Positions 28,591 to 41,253 of a stretch of 64,000 nt of DNA are shown piece after piece. Numbering within the stretch: the stretch's first letter is position 1; the number at the start of each line of letters is the position of its first letter. The position numbers were made by a program, and so were the translations under genes. The notes beneath the pieces are model-generated. The model did no database searches and was not told the DNA's origin. It saw only the letters and a list, made by a program, of their open reading frames with translations. The DNA is from Octopus vulgaris (Eukaryota). The stretch is taken from positions 53,878,001-53,942,000 of the forward strand of contig OX597815.1 in NCBI GenBank assembly GCA_951406725.2, in the 5' to 3' direction.

Positions 28591-28816
28591 CATACATACG
28601 TGTGTGTGTATGTGTGTGTATATGTGTGTGTGTGCTTAAATGTAAAGAAATCGAAAGCTATTTCGCAGTTGCAAGGAAATATCTATCAACGGCATAGGAA
28701 ATATTTATATCTTTGAATAGATACATTGAAATAAAAACAGCTAACTGCATACATCTTGAATCTAACACACACGCATACATACGCACACATACATGCACAA
28801 ATATACATATTAGTAC

Positions 28817-28878
<62 letters not shown>

Positions 28879-29917
28879 CTATGAAAAAATAAAAACACAC
28901 ACACATATGTCTGTGTATACTACCCTACCATTTTCTTCTTTTACTACATCTACTAAGATTATGTTTGTATTTTACATGCATAGACACATATATATATTTA
29001 TGGGTATATGCATATATACATACAAAATGCATGCGTACATACACCAAAATTCTTCATGAATAAACTCATGCTGGGGTTAGGAACCTATTCATTGAATTTG
29101 CTATGAATACTATCTCTAACATTAATGCAGTATCTATCGTCCTTGTTAAATAACTGGTTATTCTTTTGCTCGAAATCATTAAAGAAACCTTTATTCATGA
29201 TCGTAGGAATATTTATCTTCAAGTTGAATACAACATGAATTGATCTGCTGCTACGATTGGTACTGTCACTATGGTTACACACACCAACACCAACAACAGT
29301 GAAGAAGGACACTATGAAAACAACACCGAAAATGGGCAAGAAGAGAAGGAAGCTTTGAAGTATAGCTTTCTTGGAATTATAGACCTAATAATGGTATGCG
29401 TAATTGTTATAAATAGTTAAAAGGAAATCTCTATATCAACAGATGAAAATATACGAAAATCAATATCATTCAGAGATAAATTATTTCTTGATAAAACAAT
29501 TATTCCAATAAAGAACATTTGCTTAATATAAGCAGAGTTGATTTTAATATTATGCACAAAAATAAGTATAGTGTAAAAATAAATCGCTATCATTTTTCCA
29601 GAATGTGCTTTAATTATAGTAGTCCACCAAATTCAATGATATGTGTTCATATCATGACAAAGAAAAATAAAAACCATCCATGTGTGTTTAACTTGAAAGA
29701 TTGCTTGAAGATACAAGGCACGCAATATAAACCTGAAATGTTATTGTTTTTCTACGTCGTGAAACTATTAGTAGCTCATATTTAAATATTGTGTGTATAA
29801 ATGATATCTAATCTCACACCGGATGAAGTATTTGGAACAATAATATATAGATGTATGTATATATATATGTACATCATTCAACTACGGTTGTAGCTGAACT
29901 ATATACATAAGGCCGAA

Positions 29918-29981
29918 GGCGGCGAGCTGGCAGAAACGTTAGCACGCCGGGCGAAATGCGTAGCCGTATTTCGTCTGCCGC
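29918..29981 (+). mobile_element. 3'-truncated SINE head
   Basis: Near-exact reverse complement of 52-113. Confidence 0.85.
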
Positions 29982-30119
29982 ACATGCGTTCGTGGTAAGA
30001 ATTGCTGTTTCTTGGTGTTAATATTGTTAATAACTGTTGTTTCTTGTTAAACTGTTGAATAACTTAACTGTTGGAGTTTTCAATTGAAAACACTTAGTGC
30101 TTGTGGTAGAACGCGTTGT

Positions 30120-30255
30120 TCATTCCCCCTTGATGGTACCTGTTAATGCCCTCTGTATTAACATCTTCATCCGCTTTCTGTACTCCTCAATCGCCAAAAG
30201 GGACGTATTGAGTTTCCAGTAGCCAGATCTATGCAACTTATCTACCGTCAGTCTC
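30120..30255 (-). mobile_element. L1/Tx1-clade ORF2 fragment
   Basis: Minus frame reads DKLHRSGYWKLNTSLLAIEEYRKRMKMLIQRALTG, the GYWKLNxSLL motif that follows the APE domain of Tx1/L1 elements. Confidence 0.7.
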
Positions 30256-30652
30256 TTATGTGGTGGTTTAATAATGTGATTGAGTATTATCTGGTAATTG
30301 ATATTTGATTTAGATGTATTTCTCCATTTTCTTATCTTGTATATATATATATATATATATATAATTTCAACAATTGAGGGTAAAATTAATTAATTATTAA
30401 TCAATTTCACCAAGTGTTCAGTATGCAAAGGGACCATTTAAGGCGAATTCAAATTATTACAATATATAAAAGGGCTTAGTAAAATAAATTACTTTGCCGC
30501 ATACTGAACTCATTAGAAATAGCAGCTAAAAAACTTTTTTAAAAAAACCATTTCTAATACTTAAAGAAAATCTCTCTCATATAGTGCTTGCTTAACTCAA
30601 CTCACGAAAGTTTGGGGGTAAAGACATCAAAAAATCAAATGCAAAGGTTATT

Positions 30653-30704
30653 TGAGAACGTACGTTTCAACATTAGTCAACACGACACTTCTATCATCAG
30701 CTCA
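30653..30704 (-). ncRNA. Type I hammerhead-like motif (copy 1)
   Basis: TGAG-CTGATGA-[25 nt]-GAAAC-GTAC-GTT|CTCA. Stem I TGAG/CTCA. Stem II is weak (GTC/GAC hairpin). Confidence 0.65.
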
Positions 30705-31215
30705 GAAACTCCTTGGTTTGGATTTGAAAACACTGAAAGTGAGAGCATACTCTTTCCGCTTCTCATCGCTTTCGAAGATCTGCTCATAACTAACAGTGCC
30801 AACAAACCCAAACATGCAAGCGAAGAATTTCTGTTCTCCCCTTTCCACCAGCGTGGGTTAAAATCAGCAAACACTCTGCTTATTTCGGTAAAATCCGAAG
30901 CATTAATTAGAGGGAGATTAATTATAATTTCAACAATTGAGGGTAAAATTAATTAATTATTAATCAATTTCACCAAGTGTTCAGTATGCAAAGGGACCAT
31001 TTAAGGCGAATTCAAATTATTACAATATATAAAAGGGCTTAGTAAAATAAATTACTTTGCCGCATACTGAACTCATTAGAAATAGCAGCTAAAAAACTTT
31101 TTTAAAAAACCATTTCTAATACTTAAAGAAAATCTCTCTCATATAGTGCTTGCTTAACTCGACTCACGAAAGTTTGGGGGTAAAGACATCAAAAAAATCA
31201 AATGCAAAGGTTATT

Positions 31216-31267
31216 TGAGAACGTACGTTTCAACATTAGTCAACACGACACTTCTATCATCAGCTCA
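31216..31267 (-). ncRNA. Type I hammerhead-like motif (copy 2)
   Basis: Identical to copy 1, 563 bp away. Confidence 0.65.
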
Positions 31268-31883
31268 GAAACTCCTTGGTTTGGATTTGAAAACACTGAA
31301 AGTGAGAGCATACTCTTTCCGCTTCTCATCGCTTTCGAAGATCTGCTCATAACTAACAGTGCCAACAAACCCAAACATGCAAGCGAAGAATTTCTGTTCT
31401 CCCCTTTCCACCAGCGTGGGTTAAAATCAGCAAACACTCTGCTTATTTCGGTAAAATCCGAAGCATTAATTAGAGGGAGATTAATTATAATTTCAACAAT
31501 TGAGGGTAAAATTAATTAATTATTAATCAATTTCACCAAGTGTTACTAAGCCCTTTTATATATTGTAATAATTTGAATTCGCCTTAAATGGTCCCTTTGC
31601 ATACTGAACACTTGGTGAAATTGATTAATAATTAATTAATTTTACCCTCAATTGTTGAAATTATAATTAATCTCCCTCTAATTAATGCTTCGGATTTTAC
31701 CGAAATAAGCAGAGTGTTTGCTGATTTTAACCCACGCTGGTGGAAAGGGGAGAACAGAAATTCTTCGCTTGCATGTTTGGGTTTGTTGGCACTGTTAGTT
31801 ATGAACAGATCTTCGAAAGCGATGAGAAGCGGAAAGAGTATGCTCTCACTTTCAGTGTTTTCAAATCCAAACCAAGGAGTTTC

Positions 31884-31935
31884 TGAGCTGATGATAGAAG
31901 TGTCGTGTTGACTAATGTTGAAACGTACGTTCTCA
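31884..31935 (+). ncRNA. Type I hammerhead-like motif (copy 3, inverted arm)
   Basis: TGAG CTGATGA TAGAAGTGTCGTGTTGACTAATGTT GAAAC GTAC GTT CTCA read directly on the plus strand. Confidence 0.65.
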
Positions 31936-32133
31936 AATAACCTTTGCATTTGATTTTTTGATGTCTTTACCCCCAAACTTTCGTGAGTTGAGTTAAGCAA
32001 GCACTATATGAGAGAGATTTTCTTTAAGTATTAGAAATGTTTTTTTTTTTTAAAGTTTTTAGCTGCTATTTCTAATGAGTTCAGTATGCGGCAAAGTAAT
32101 TTATTTTACTAAGCCCTTTTATATATTGTAATA

Positions 32134-32178
<45 letters not shown>

Positions 32179-32210
32179 TACATCTTATAGACAGACGCAC
32201 ATTTATGTGC

Positions 32211-32247
<37 letters not shown>

Positions 32248-32784
32248 TACATATGTACACACACATGCACATACCTCTGCATCTGTTTATAAAACAAACA
32301 TCTTAAACAGGCAACAGCTGATGTCTGTACATTGTGTTGCTTTTTGTCATGGATTCTAACATGACAGCAGAATTTTAGTTCATGAAACACTTTAAAGCTA
32401 AGGCAAAATAAAAAATAAACATCACAAAATATTGCCAATTAAGCCAAGCGTCAAGTATCGAAGAGGAAGAAACTTTCTTCTTAATCATAATCCCAACGTT
32501 TACAGAATAAAGATATATATATCTATATCATTACTCGATGAACAGTGGAACTGAAAATGGCAGTATAGGTTAATCCAGCATTTGAATACAGTTAAACACA
32601 CGCATACGCGCGCGCGCACATACACGCACTCACACACACACACAGAACACACACACACGCACACACACACGCATGCACGCACACGCACACACGCATGCAC
32701 GCACATGCATACACACATGTATGTATGTATATATATTCACATGTATATACAAACACGTGTGTCTATACAAATACAGAACGCTTT

Positions 32785-32928
32785 GCCAAACAGATTCCAT
32801 TCACCGAATTCTTCCCACAAATCATCAGTAATCCCGCGTTTATAAAAGGAGACACTTGCCGGAAGTGACACGCAGTAGTATTAAACTCGGTGCTACGTGG
32901 TTGCAAAATAAATTACTTGACCACATGG
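32785..32928 (-). mobile_element. Diverged SINE head (25939 family)
   Basis: GGAGACACTTGCC..ACACGCAG..GTGGTTGCAAAATAAATTACTTGACCACA is the reverse complement of the head pattern. Confidence 0.6.
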
Positions 32929-33308
32929 TGTGTCCTTTTGATTATTCTTGTATAAAGAAAAAAATCATTTAAGCTGTTCGTGATTAGTTATTGTAATAAA
33001 ATCGGGATTATTCGGATATAAACGTGTGCATTGGCAATATGTTGCTGTGTGAATATGTGTCCGTCAGCGTGTTTCTTTCGTCGGTATTGGGGTTAACAAA
33101 CAACACTTAATTTCCTGTCCTATGAATCTTCTTTTATATCAAACACTAATGAAACTGTCTGTTTTCTCTTTCACTTTCTATTTTACTCCATTTTCGATTC
33201 TTTCCTATTTAATTCTCTTTTCGTCTATTTCTCTTTCACTTCTGTAGCGCAAATTCGTGCACATGCACACAACCCTTACATATACGTTTGTGTTTGTGTG
33301 CGTATGTA

Positions 33309-33539
33309 TGGGGACGCGTGGGTTAGTGGTCTCATGATCGTAAGATTGTGGTTTCGATTCGTGGACTGGACGACATGTTATGTCTTTGAGCAAAACATTT
33401 CATTTCACGGTATTTCATTCTGGTCAGTCGGCAAAAATGAGTAATCCTGTGACCGACCGGCGTCCTGCCCAGGTGGTTTAAATATACGCACTGGAAACCG
33501 GCCCTGTGAGTATATGGCTCGGGAAATAATTTTTTACTT

Positions 33540-33540
<1 letters not shown>
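33309..33540 (+). mobile_element. tRNA-derived SINE related to 20139-20440
   Basis: GGTTTCGATTC B-box, TTGAGCAAAACATTTCATTTC, CCTGTGACCGACCGGCGTCCTGCCCAGG. Confidence 0.65.
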
Positions 33541-33599
<59 letters not shown>

Positions 33600-34000
33600 T
33601 TTATAATTAGGGTTCAGCAAAGATTTGCTTTACCACAGACCGAAGTTTAGAAATAGCAGTCAAAAAAACCTTAGCTATTTCTTCTACTTTAAAAGGGACT
33701 TCCAGAAAAACCAAAGTACTTGAAAACAATCTACGCAGGCAAAGAGGAAAAATAACGAAAATCAATCCATATTTGGTTACCCATGTACGCGCGTTTCGGA
33801 ATTAGATCGGTATAAAGAATATAGAATTATACTTTACCCAACCATTTTCGTTCATCAGCATGGGATTCCAACAATATTAAATATTAAATTCCAAGGCACT
33901 GGAAGAATCGAATATATCTCTCCACCTAACGGTATCAGACAGATCATATTCAGTGCTAGTGCCGCCAAATTCTTATACTGTTAGGTGGAGAGATATATTC
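33600..34000 (-). mobile_element. Penelope-like/retrozyme-like fragment with 3' end at (TA)n
   Basis: Contains the HHR at 33780-33864, the shared TTAGAAATAGCAG motif at ~33647, and a 26-bp inverted repeat (33910-33935 / 33975-34000). Confidence 0.65.
33780..33864 (-). ncRNA. Type I hammerhead ribozyme with 54-nt stem II region
   Basis: CCCATG-CTGATGA-[54 nt]-GAAAC-GCGC-GTA|CATGGG. Perfect 6-bp stem I, intact core, palindromic loop III. Confidence 0.8.
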
Positions 34001-34343
34001 CTTTTTGTTATATTATATTGCGCTTAGCTGTTTATCTTAATTCTTATTATACACATTAACATTTTGGTAAATCAGCCATAAATTTTTATGATAAAAATAT
34101 ATATACTGACAGCCTGATTTAGCTAAGCGATCGAGCATTTGAGTAGTCGCAACTGGTGGGTCTACGACTGATGGGCAAAACTTGTCTAGGCTAGTGATCT
34201 TAGAGATGCTCATGAGGTGTCTTCCCTGTCAGTGTATATATATATTGCGTGCTTTTAACAGCATTAAGAGTTTTTAACTCTTATTTCTTACAATTATAGG
34301 TCCCTTGACAACCTCAGTCACAATTAGTGACGATACAGTTTTT

Positions 34344-34417
<74 letters not shown>

Positions 34418-35422
34418 CATACACACACACATAGACTTGAGTATGCATCATGTCGTTATGTATGAGTGGTTCAGATGTTTGCTCCGCAATCCTGAGATCC
34501 CGGGTTTGATCCTACCGCATGACATATTCGGGAGGTTCATTTTTGTTTAGTCTTGTGTTTATGGTTTTCTTTTTACAAATTTGCGCTTGATATTTGCCTG
34601 TTTACAGGGAAAATACTTTTTGACTTCTGTGTGTATAAAATTCATACTATTTGTATTTTGCTTCGTTGTTATATTAATCTAGAGAATAATTCGGAACTTT
34701 ATTAAAAATGGTTGTATTACAAAAGAAGAAATAGTTATAATTACTAGTAGAAACACTGCTCCCTAGTGGTTTTCTGTTAGTCGCTAAATAATATTTACAC
34801 AGTTGATTCCCAGCTTGTGTAGTTTTTCTGATGTCTTAAGACTAATTTCTCTTTGTATCTTTTATTCGCCTTAGAGAACTCACACGCTTAGTAAATATAT
34901 TAAGAATAATAGCATGCGCGCAAAAGCAGTATTAGAATTTATTAAGAAATCAGTTATTATATCGACTAAAATTGAACCATGTAAAAGTCCTCTTTTTGTC
35001 GTATATATGCATATCAAAAGATTTCATAACTTTGTATGATAGTGGACTGGAGTGCACACCTAGTACGGACTGGAAAATATTATACTGAAAATATTTCTGT
35101 AGGTTTGAATATGTGATTGCATACTTTGTATTTCTTTTCCGTAGTGGTGTATTTTTGTATATTTAAGTTCAGATAGCTTATATAAGCACATACTCACGCA
35201 TATTTAAAGATGGGCTTTGATGTTTTCTCATTCCTGTTCATTATAGAAACTAGCGATAACACGGACACAGATCTCAGCCAGGGAATTAACTATCAGAAAT
35301 ATATATGTCATTGCTCTAAGTGTGTGTGTGTGTGTGTGGGTTTGTGTTTGTGTTTGCGTGTGTGTATGAGAGAGAGAGAGAGAGAGAGACAAGGACAGAG
35401 TCATAGAGAAAGAGCGACAGAC

Positions 35423-35475
<53 letters not shown>

Positions 35476-35682
35476 GGGAAGGAAAGCTTTACGAGGAAAA
35501 CTGTCTTGCAGAGAATCAAAGTTTTCTGCAATTGAAATCTTATAATAAAAGAGTCTTGAAAACTACATTTTGGTAAAATTATATTTAAATTAGAATTTTT
35601 AAGAATTTTCTAGACTGTACTGTTTTTAATAATTGCTCTTTTCATTATAGGATTAGCAATATATAGGATGAGCAACAAAGTA

Positions 35683-35735
<53 letters not shown>

Positions 35736-35737
<2 letters not shown>

Positions 35738-36545
35738 TAAATGCAATGATAGTCGGTGCGGTACATGCCAATTAATTCATACCGGCCCATATATGAACAC
35801 AAAAACAGGGAAAATATTCACAAACGCGAACATGAACTGCAAAAGCAGAAATTTAATCAGATCAAATGCCCCAATTGTGAAGAACTGTATGTTGGCCAGA
35901 CAGGTAATGCACTATCAGAACACTCACGTATGCATCGACAACAAATCAAAAACCTAGGAGTCCGCCAAATACCACTGAGTAACCTTCTGGCAACATGTTT
36001 TCAGAAAACTTTTATGATATTTCCATTTCATAAACTTTACAACCTGAATGAAATTGAGAGAAAACTGAGAGAAAAGGATTTTATTAAGAAATTCAAACTC
36101 AAGCTTAACAAACAATGATTAAATTAATCTTATTTGGGGTTTAAAAATCTTATTCCTATAACTAAAATACAAAAAATCTCTAAAAGGTACTGCTGTCATC
36201 ATTTCTAAAAATTAACATTGAAAAATGGTTTGGCATCATTTCTAAGAATAGACAAACAACTACTATTGCTGTCCACAGGAACGTATATAAAGGACAAAAG
36301 ACAGCCAGTCAACCACAGTTGAAACACTCCTGTCACAACCTGGGACCTTGAATACTGCTTTAATGCAAGAAAGTATACTAGTCCCTTAATATTTGATATT
36401 CAGTATTTCATCTATTCAATAAGACAATCAATACTTCATTTCATTTTACTATATATACTATTTATACTATATATTCTATATTCTACATTAATATTATAAA
36501 GAATATAAATAAAAAATAAAAAACAGACTTGGAATTCCTTTAAAT
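35736..36545 (+). mobile_element. Penelope-like element 3' end (Neptune-type Cys linker plus GIY-YIG endonuclease, frameshifted) and 3' UTR
   Basis: KCNDSRCGTC...NMNCKSRNL / IKCPNCEELYVGQTG..HSRMHRQQI..ERKLREKDFIKKF.LKLN* (stop 36118). Confidence 0.88.
36342..36385 (+). ncRNA. Decayed type I hammerhead in PLE 3' UTR
   Basis: GGGAC-CTTGAATA-CTGC-TTTAAT-GCAA-GAAAG-TATA-CTA|GTCCC. Perfect stem I and palindromic loop III, but the CUGANGA core is mutated. Confidence 0.6.
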
Positions 36546-38311
36546 AATATATATCTCTCTATACACAATCATACAAACCTGTATATATATACCGTTTTAC
36601 AGAGTGAGATAATTATAATTGATAATAACATTATGTGTATATTTTCAAAAAATTATCTCTCTTAGGAATTATGATTTGACATGATTTTGTAGCTATTATT
36701 TGGTTCAACCTCTTCAAACGATAATGGCACCAAAGGGGTAATAGTTAAAATGCTGATTTAATAAACAAGTAATTAATAATTGTTAATTAGCAAGCAATTG
36801 ACAGTTTAGTGGACAAGCGAGTAACTGATTCGGTGCTTAGACAAAAGGGCAAAAAAATAACGAACAAAAAAATCGATAGACACAGCTTCAGCAGCGAGGC
36901 GAATGTGTAAGCCAATAACTGAATGTTCTTTTGATTAATGAAAAAGGTGAACAATATTAACCTATTTAGAAATGCTCACATGATCAATGGGTAAGTAAAT
37001 TTACAGACAAATGAATAAGTAAAAAGAACGAAGATGATACACTAGTCAAATAAGCGAAAAGTAGAGTGGGTACTTTGACTAATTGAGGAACAAAAGGACA
37101 AATAAATATATTATCGTGTGAAACTATGTTGAGGAACAAGACAGTTAGTTGTATAAATCAATTGAATGAATCCCCCATTAATAGTTTCTTGCAGATATCT
37201 TAGCACTGTGTCTATGAACTGATTATTTTGTAACCGAAAATTTTATTTCGCTATCTCAAAGTATGTGTTCCCACTAAGTTGAGGAATGAATAGGTGAAGA
37301 CTATTTTCTCGCTCATGACTAGAATTAGCAAAATCTTTTGTCTAAATTTGCGCAGACTGAAGCTGTGCGATGGATATATTGAAACTAGCATTGGAATACC
37401 AGCTAGCCAACATAGTATCATGCTAATTCTGTGACCTATTCTATAATTCAATCTGCACATAGTTCTGCTGATTAGAATTGGCGGTTTTTTTTTAACCCTA
37501 CGATAAACCGTCTTCGAAGATATTTGAACTCAGAACAATGTTCTAAAACATGCAATTTCTCTGTAAGCCAGCTAACATTTCTCCTTACTTTGAATATGAT
37601 CAGGTCTGAAAAACTTGTATGCTATAAAACTGTATGACCTAAACTAACATAGGAAAACTTGCAAAAACATTGTTGTATAAATAGCTTTGTATACATTTTT
37701 TTTTGAAGATACAGATTAGAAGCTGTAATATAAATTTTCAATTTACCAGTTGAAAGGCAGAAATATATATAAAAATGTTTTACGAGTACGTTAAATCAAT
37801 TATTTTACAATATATAGCCTGTTTGTAATGTTGATAGACTGAGTTGATGTAACTTCATACCCACAAATCGTGGTGTAATTCTGCATTGATATTTTATATA
37901 TTATTTTGAATGTATGCCTCTTGTTATTCTGCACTTCAGCTAGTTGTGTTTATTACAATACATTGTAATCTGGATAGATTTAGTCAGGTTTATATTTTTA
38001 GGCTTAAGAAATCAATATCATTACGCACATTATTGATAAAACTTGCAGGCGTCGGATACGAACCGTATAAATCTCGCTTTTCTTTCTCACTCTATCTCCC
38101 TCACTCTCTCACTCCATAAAAAAAAAAAAGAATAAAAGCGACCATTCTTATTTTATTTTTTAACAGCAGACTGTGGTCAGGGAAGATAAGGCATTTGATT
38201 CAAGAGTTACTGCTTGAATACAATGGCATCAGATGGAGATATATATTATCCACTAAATTAATTAACTTTTTAATACAAGATTAGTTTTTAAAAGGTTGCA
38301 TTGCTTCCAGA

Positions 38312-38399
<88 letters not shown>

Positions 38400-38644
38400 G
38401 CGCGCGCACACACAGACTGAGTAAATCTGCACAGATTCCGTTTAGCAATTTATATTTAAGTAACTGATCAACCCAAGGCTTTAACATAAGACATCGGTCC
38501 AAGATGGAATAAATGATATTGAACTCAAGAACCAAACTGCGACTATACACACGCTTGGATGTAGATTTTATTATCTAAGAAGATAAAGTACAAAAGTGAC
38601 AAACTGAGCAGCATGGACAGAGTAAATAAAATACCTCGATATAT

Positions 38645-39005
38645 ATTCTTTTATTCTTTCACTTATTGGACTGCAGCCATGCTCGGACACCGAATGCAAG
38701 TGTTTTAGTCGATTAAATTATTCCTAGAACAATTTTCTTACAGTTTTGTAGCTATTCTATCAATTACGGAGATGTAAACAAGCAGCGTGGGAGGGGGAGG
38801 ACAAACAAAACGCACACACTCACTCGCGTACGCAAATACTCACTCTCTCTCTCTTTCTCCCTCTCTCTCTCGAATACACACACATATCTACGACAGGCTT
38901 CCTCACAGTTTCTATCAACCATTTTCACTCTCAAAGCTTTAGTCGTCCTGCCGAAGTACTAGGCACAAACTGATATGATTGTAAGTTGAACTACTTGACC
39001 GCGTA
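38645..39005 (-). mobile_element. Diverged SINE (25939 family)
   Basis: Tail TTGGACTGCAGCCATGCT, ACGGAGATGTAAACA, microsatellite, then CGACAGGCTTCCTCACAGTTTC head in reverse orientation. Confidence 0.6.
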
Positions 39006-39079
39006 GACTATCTACATACATGTGTGTGTGTGTGCATGAGTGTGTGAGCGCGCGCGCAAAACACACACCCATTCATAAA

Positions 39080-39840
39080 CAGGCTGCGCAGGTGACAATC
39101 TTTAGTTTTTAGCCTTCAACACATGTTTCATGCTAATTTACATATTCAGTTAATACGCGAGTTTTTGGCACGTTGTCTCAGAAAAGCTCTGAAAATTTTA
39201 AGATGGCGGAAAAAATTCAAATAACGTCTTGTATTGAATTTTGGTCGAAGTTCAGCAAATCTTAACCGATATTTCGAAATGCTCTTAGATTTTGACAAAA
39301 TTTCTTTAAGGAGATTTCCGGCCTTTGAGAAACATTTATTTTTACAAAACTCTGTCTATTTCAAGTGATGATCATTGTGAGACAGAAAATGCGTAAAAAA
39401 CTGGCAAACTCATCTCTAATTACCATCGATAAACAATTCATTAGCTGTTTCACATGGCTGGATTCAGTTAGAGTATCTACCATGAAGTTCTCGCTGCAAG
39501 AAATAAACTTGTATTGCGTTGCCGGAAATGTTTTTTTCTTCGGTTCTTGACACTTGAAAAGCAACGTCTTTGACGTATACATCGAAATTTGCAACAATGC
39601 AAACGATAGGCAGAATTGCATTTCAAAAACTATTCATGATGGCGAAATGTGTATTTGCGAATGCCCTCCGCCCATCCCCCGAATTGAAATACAATCTTTA
39701 TTCCTGCAGACGACAAGACCAAGGAAAACTGAAGAATGCCATAAAAAGTTTACTAATAGTTTTTTTTCCCCTCTTTATTAAGTGTCGTTTACCAACAATT
39801 TCAGCCTCACTTCAATACAGAAAATGTTATGGGACGCTCG
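39080..39840 (+). mobile_element. Highly decayed mariner remnant
   Basis: ATG at ~39203 reads MAEKIQITSCIEFWSKFSKS, resembling the mariner N-terminus EQRxCIKFCxKLGKS. INLYCVAGNV resembles LxMRRVAAKFVP. Confidence 0.45.
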
Positions 39841-41189
39841 AGAGAGGCGCAGCCGAAAAGAGCAGTTTTCTCCTCTATCCTCACTTCTTCCTTCTCTCCG
39901 TCTCTTTATCCCTCTCTTATTCTCTCTTTTCCCTTTCTCTGTCTGATTATCCTCCTAATCTTCCAGGATCATATTGCTTATGCATGATATTTCCTATTTG
40001 AACTTTGAAATCCTACAAGCCACTTCGTTGTTTGCTCTCTCGTCTGTATCTCGTTGTTCAAGGGCAACTTTGGCCTCCCTTCAGTCCAGCGAGCTTTTAC
40101 AACTATGGTGTTCGGCAATGCTTGAGAGATATAAAGCGAAAAAGACTGTTTAACTCTCTCTCCTCTCTCTAACTCAGGCATGTTTTCCTTCTCTCCATCT
40201 CCCTTTTCCTTTCACGTTCTTTCATTTCTCTTCTTATCTGAGATTATTTTCCTTCCGAGAATGTCCTTCTGATTTTCTATAGTTCTACGATTCAGGCATG
40301 ATTTTTTTCATTTGAATTTAGAAAAGTTCCAGTTCACTTCATTCTTCGCACTCTATTCTCTTCGTTCAAGAGCAAATAATTAACTATTCATTGTTTTTCC
40401 AGCGTTACCTGTATGCACAATTGTCTCCGGTTTCTCTTTTATTTCACTATCAGTTTAATCTTATCTAATTTTTTGTTTGACATGTCGATGGACTTAAATA
40501 ATTTCGTATATATTTTGTATAATTCTTGTTGGTCTATTTCGTGATACTGTAAACATAAGAGCCCGCTCCATCCATTTCCTTATTCCAATTATTAAATATA
40601 ATTATTAATTATAAGGCACCAAAAGAGAATGACTCTCCCCAAACACAACAGAATATGCTTCAACACACGAACTCACATAACCAACTTACAAAACCAAATC
40701 CCAAAACAAAATTATTAAATAGAATTTCCTTTAAATCTCACACATTGAAACAAGTGGTATAGTTCGATATTCTATGATAACTATCAACATCTTGTGAGAA
40801 TATGGTTACTCCAAGATGCCCCTATGAGTATACACTGAAGCAAGGTACAAGAAATTCCATGTAATACTATAAATACTGAGTAATTAAATTATTCAAAAAC
40901 GAAGTATATGTTGGTTCACTATCTTACTTGAAACCTTATAAAGCTGCATGTTTCATTTCCTTCTTACAGAACAGTAAATACATTAACAGTGAAACATCTG
41001 AGCCTATTATTTCAGTTATTCGTCCATTTAAAAGGTTCGGCTCCAAATTATATATGTCCGCATACGCTAATGCACATATATGTAGTCAGATATGCAGTAA
41101 ATATAATTATATGCACTGTATTTTATTGTGTTCACGCATACATGCACACATACAACCACATACTCTCTGTGTGAGTACGTTTATACGAG

Positions 41190-41253
<64 letters not shown>

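Larger units (their letters stand above)
30361..32137. mobile_element. Hammerhead-containing 563-bp tandem array (2.1 units) plus inverted arm (1.06 units), retrozyme/Penelope pLTR-like
   Basis: Unit starts at 30361, 30924 and 31487. Inverted arm 31543-32137 has the same 563 period. (TA)n on both sides. One HHR motif per unit. Confidence 0.85.

Noticed and set aside
30588-32000. Repeated 122-aa and 65-aa ORFs (MLNSTHES..., MFADFNPR...) as a protein-coding or toxin-antitoxin-like cassette
   Set aside because: They recur only because the DNA unit is repeated. They use non-ATG starts, show no recognisable domain, and copy 2 is broken by homopolymer indels.
34140-34235. Additional hammerhead (CTGATGG...)
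   Set aside because: Core mismatched, and no GAAA/UH strands with consistent helices were found.
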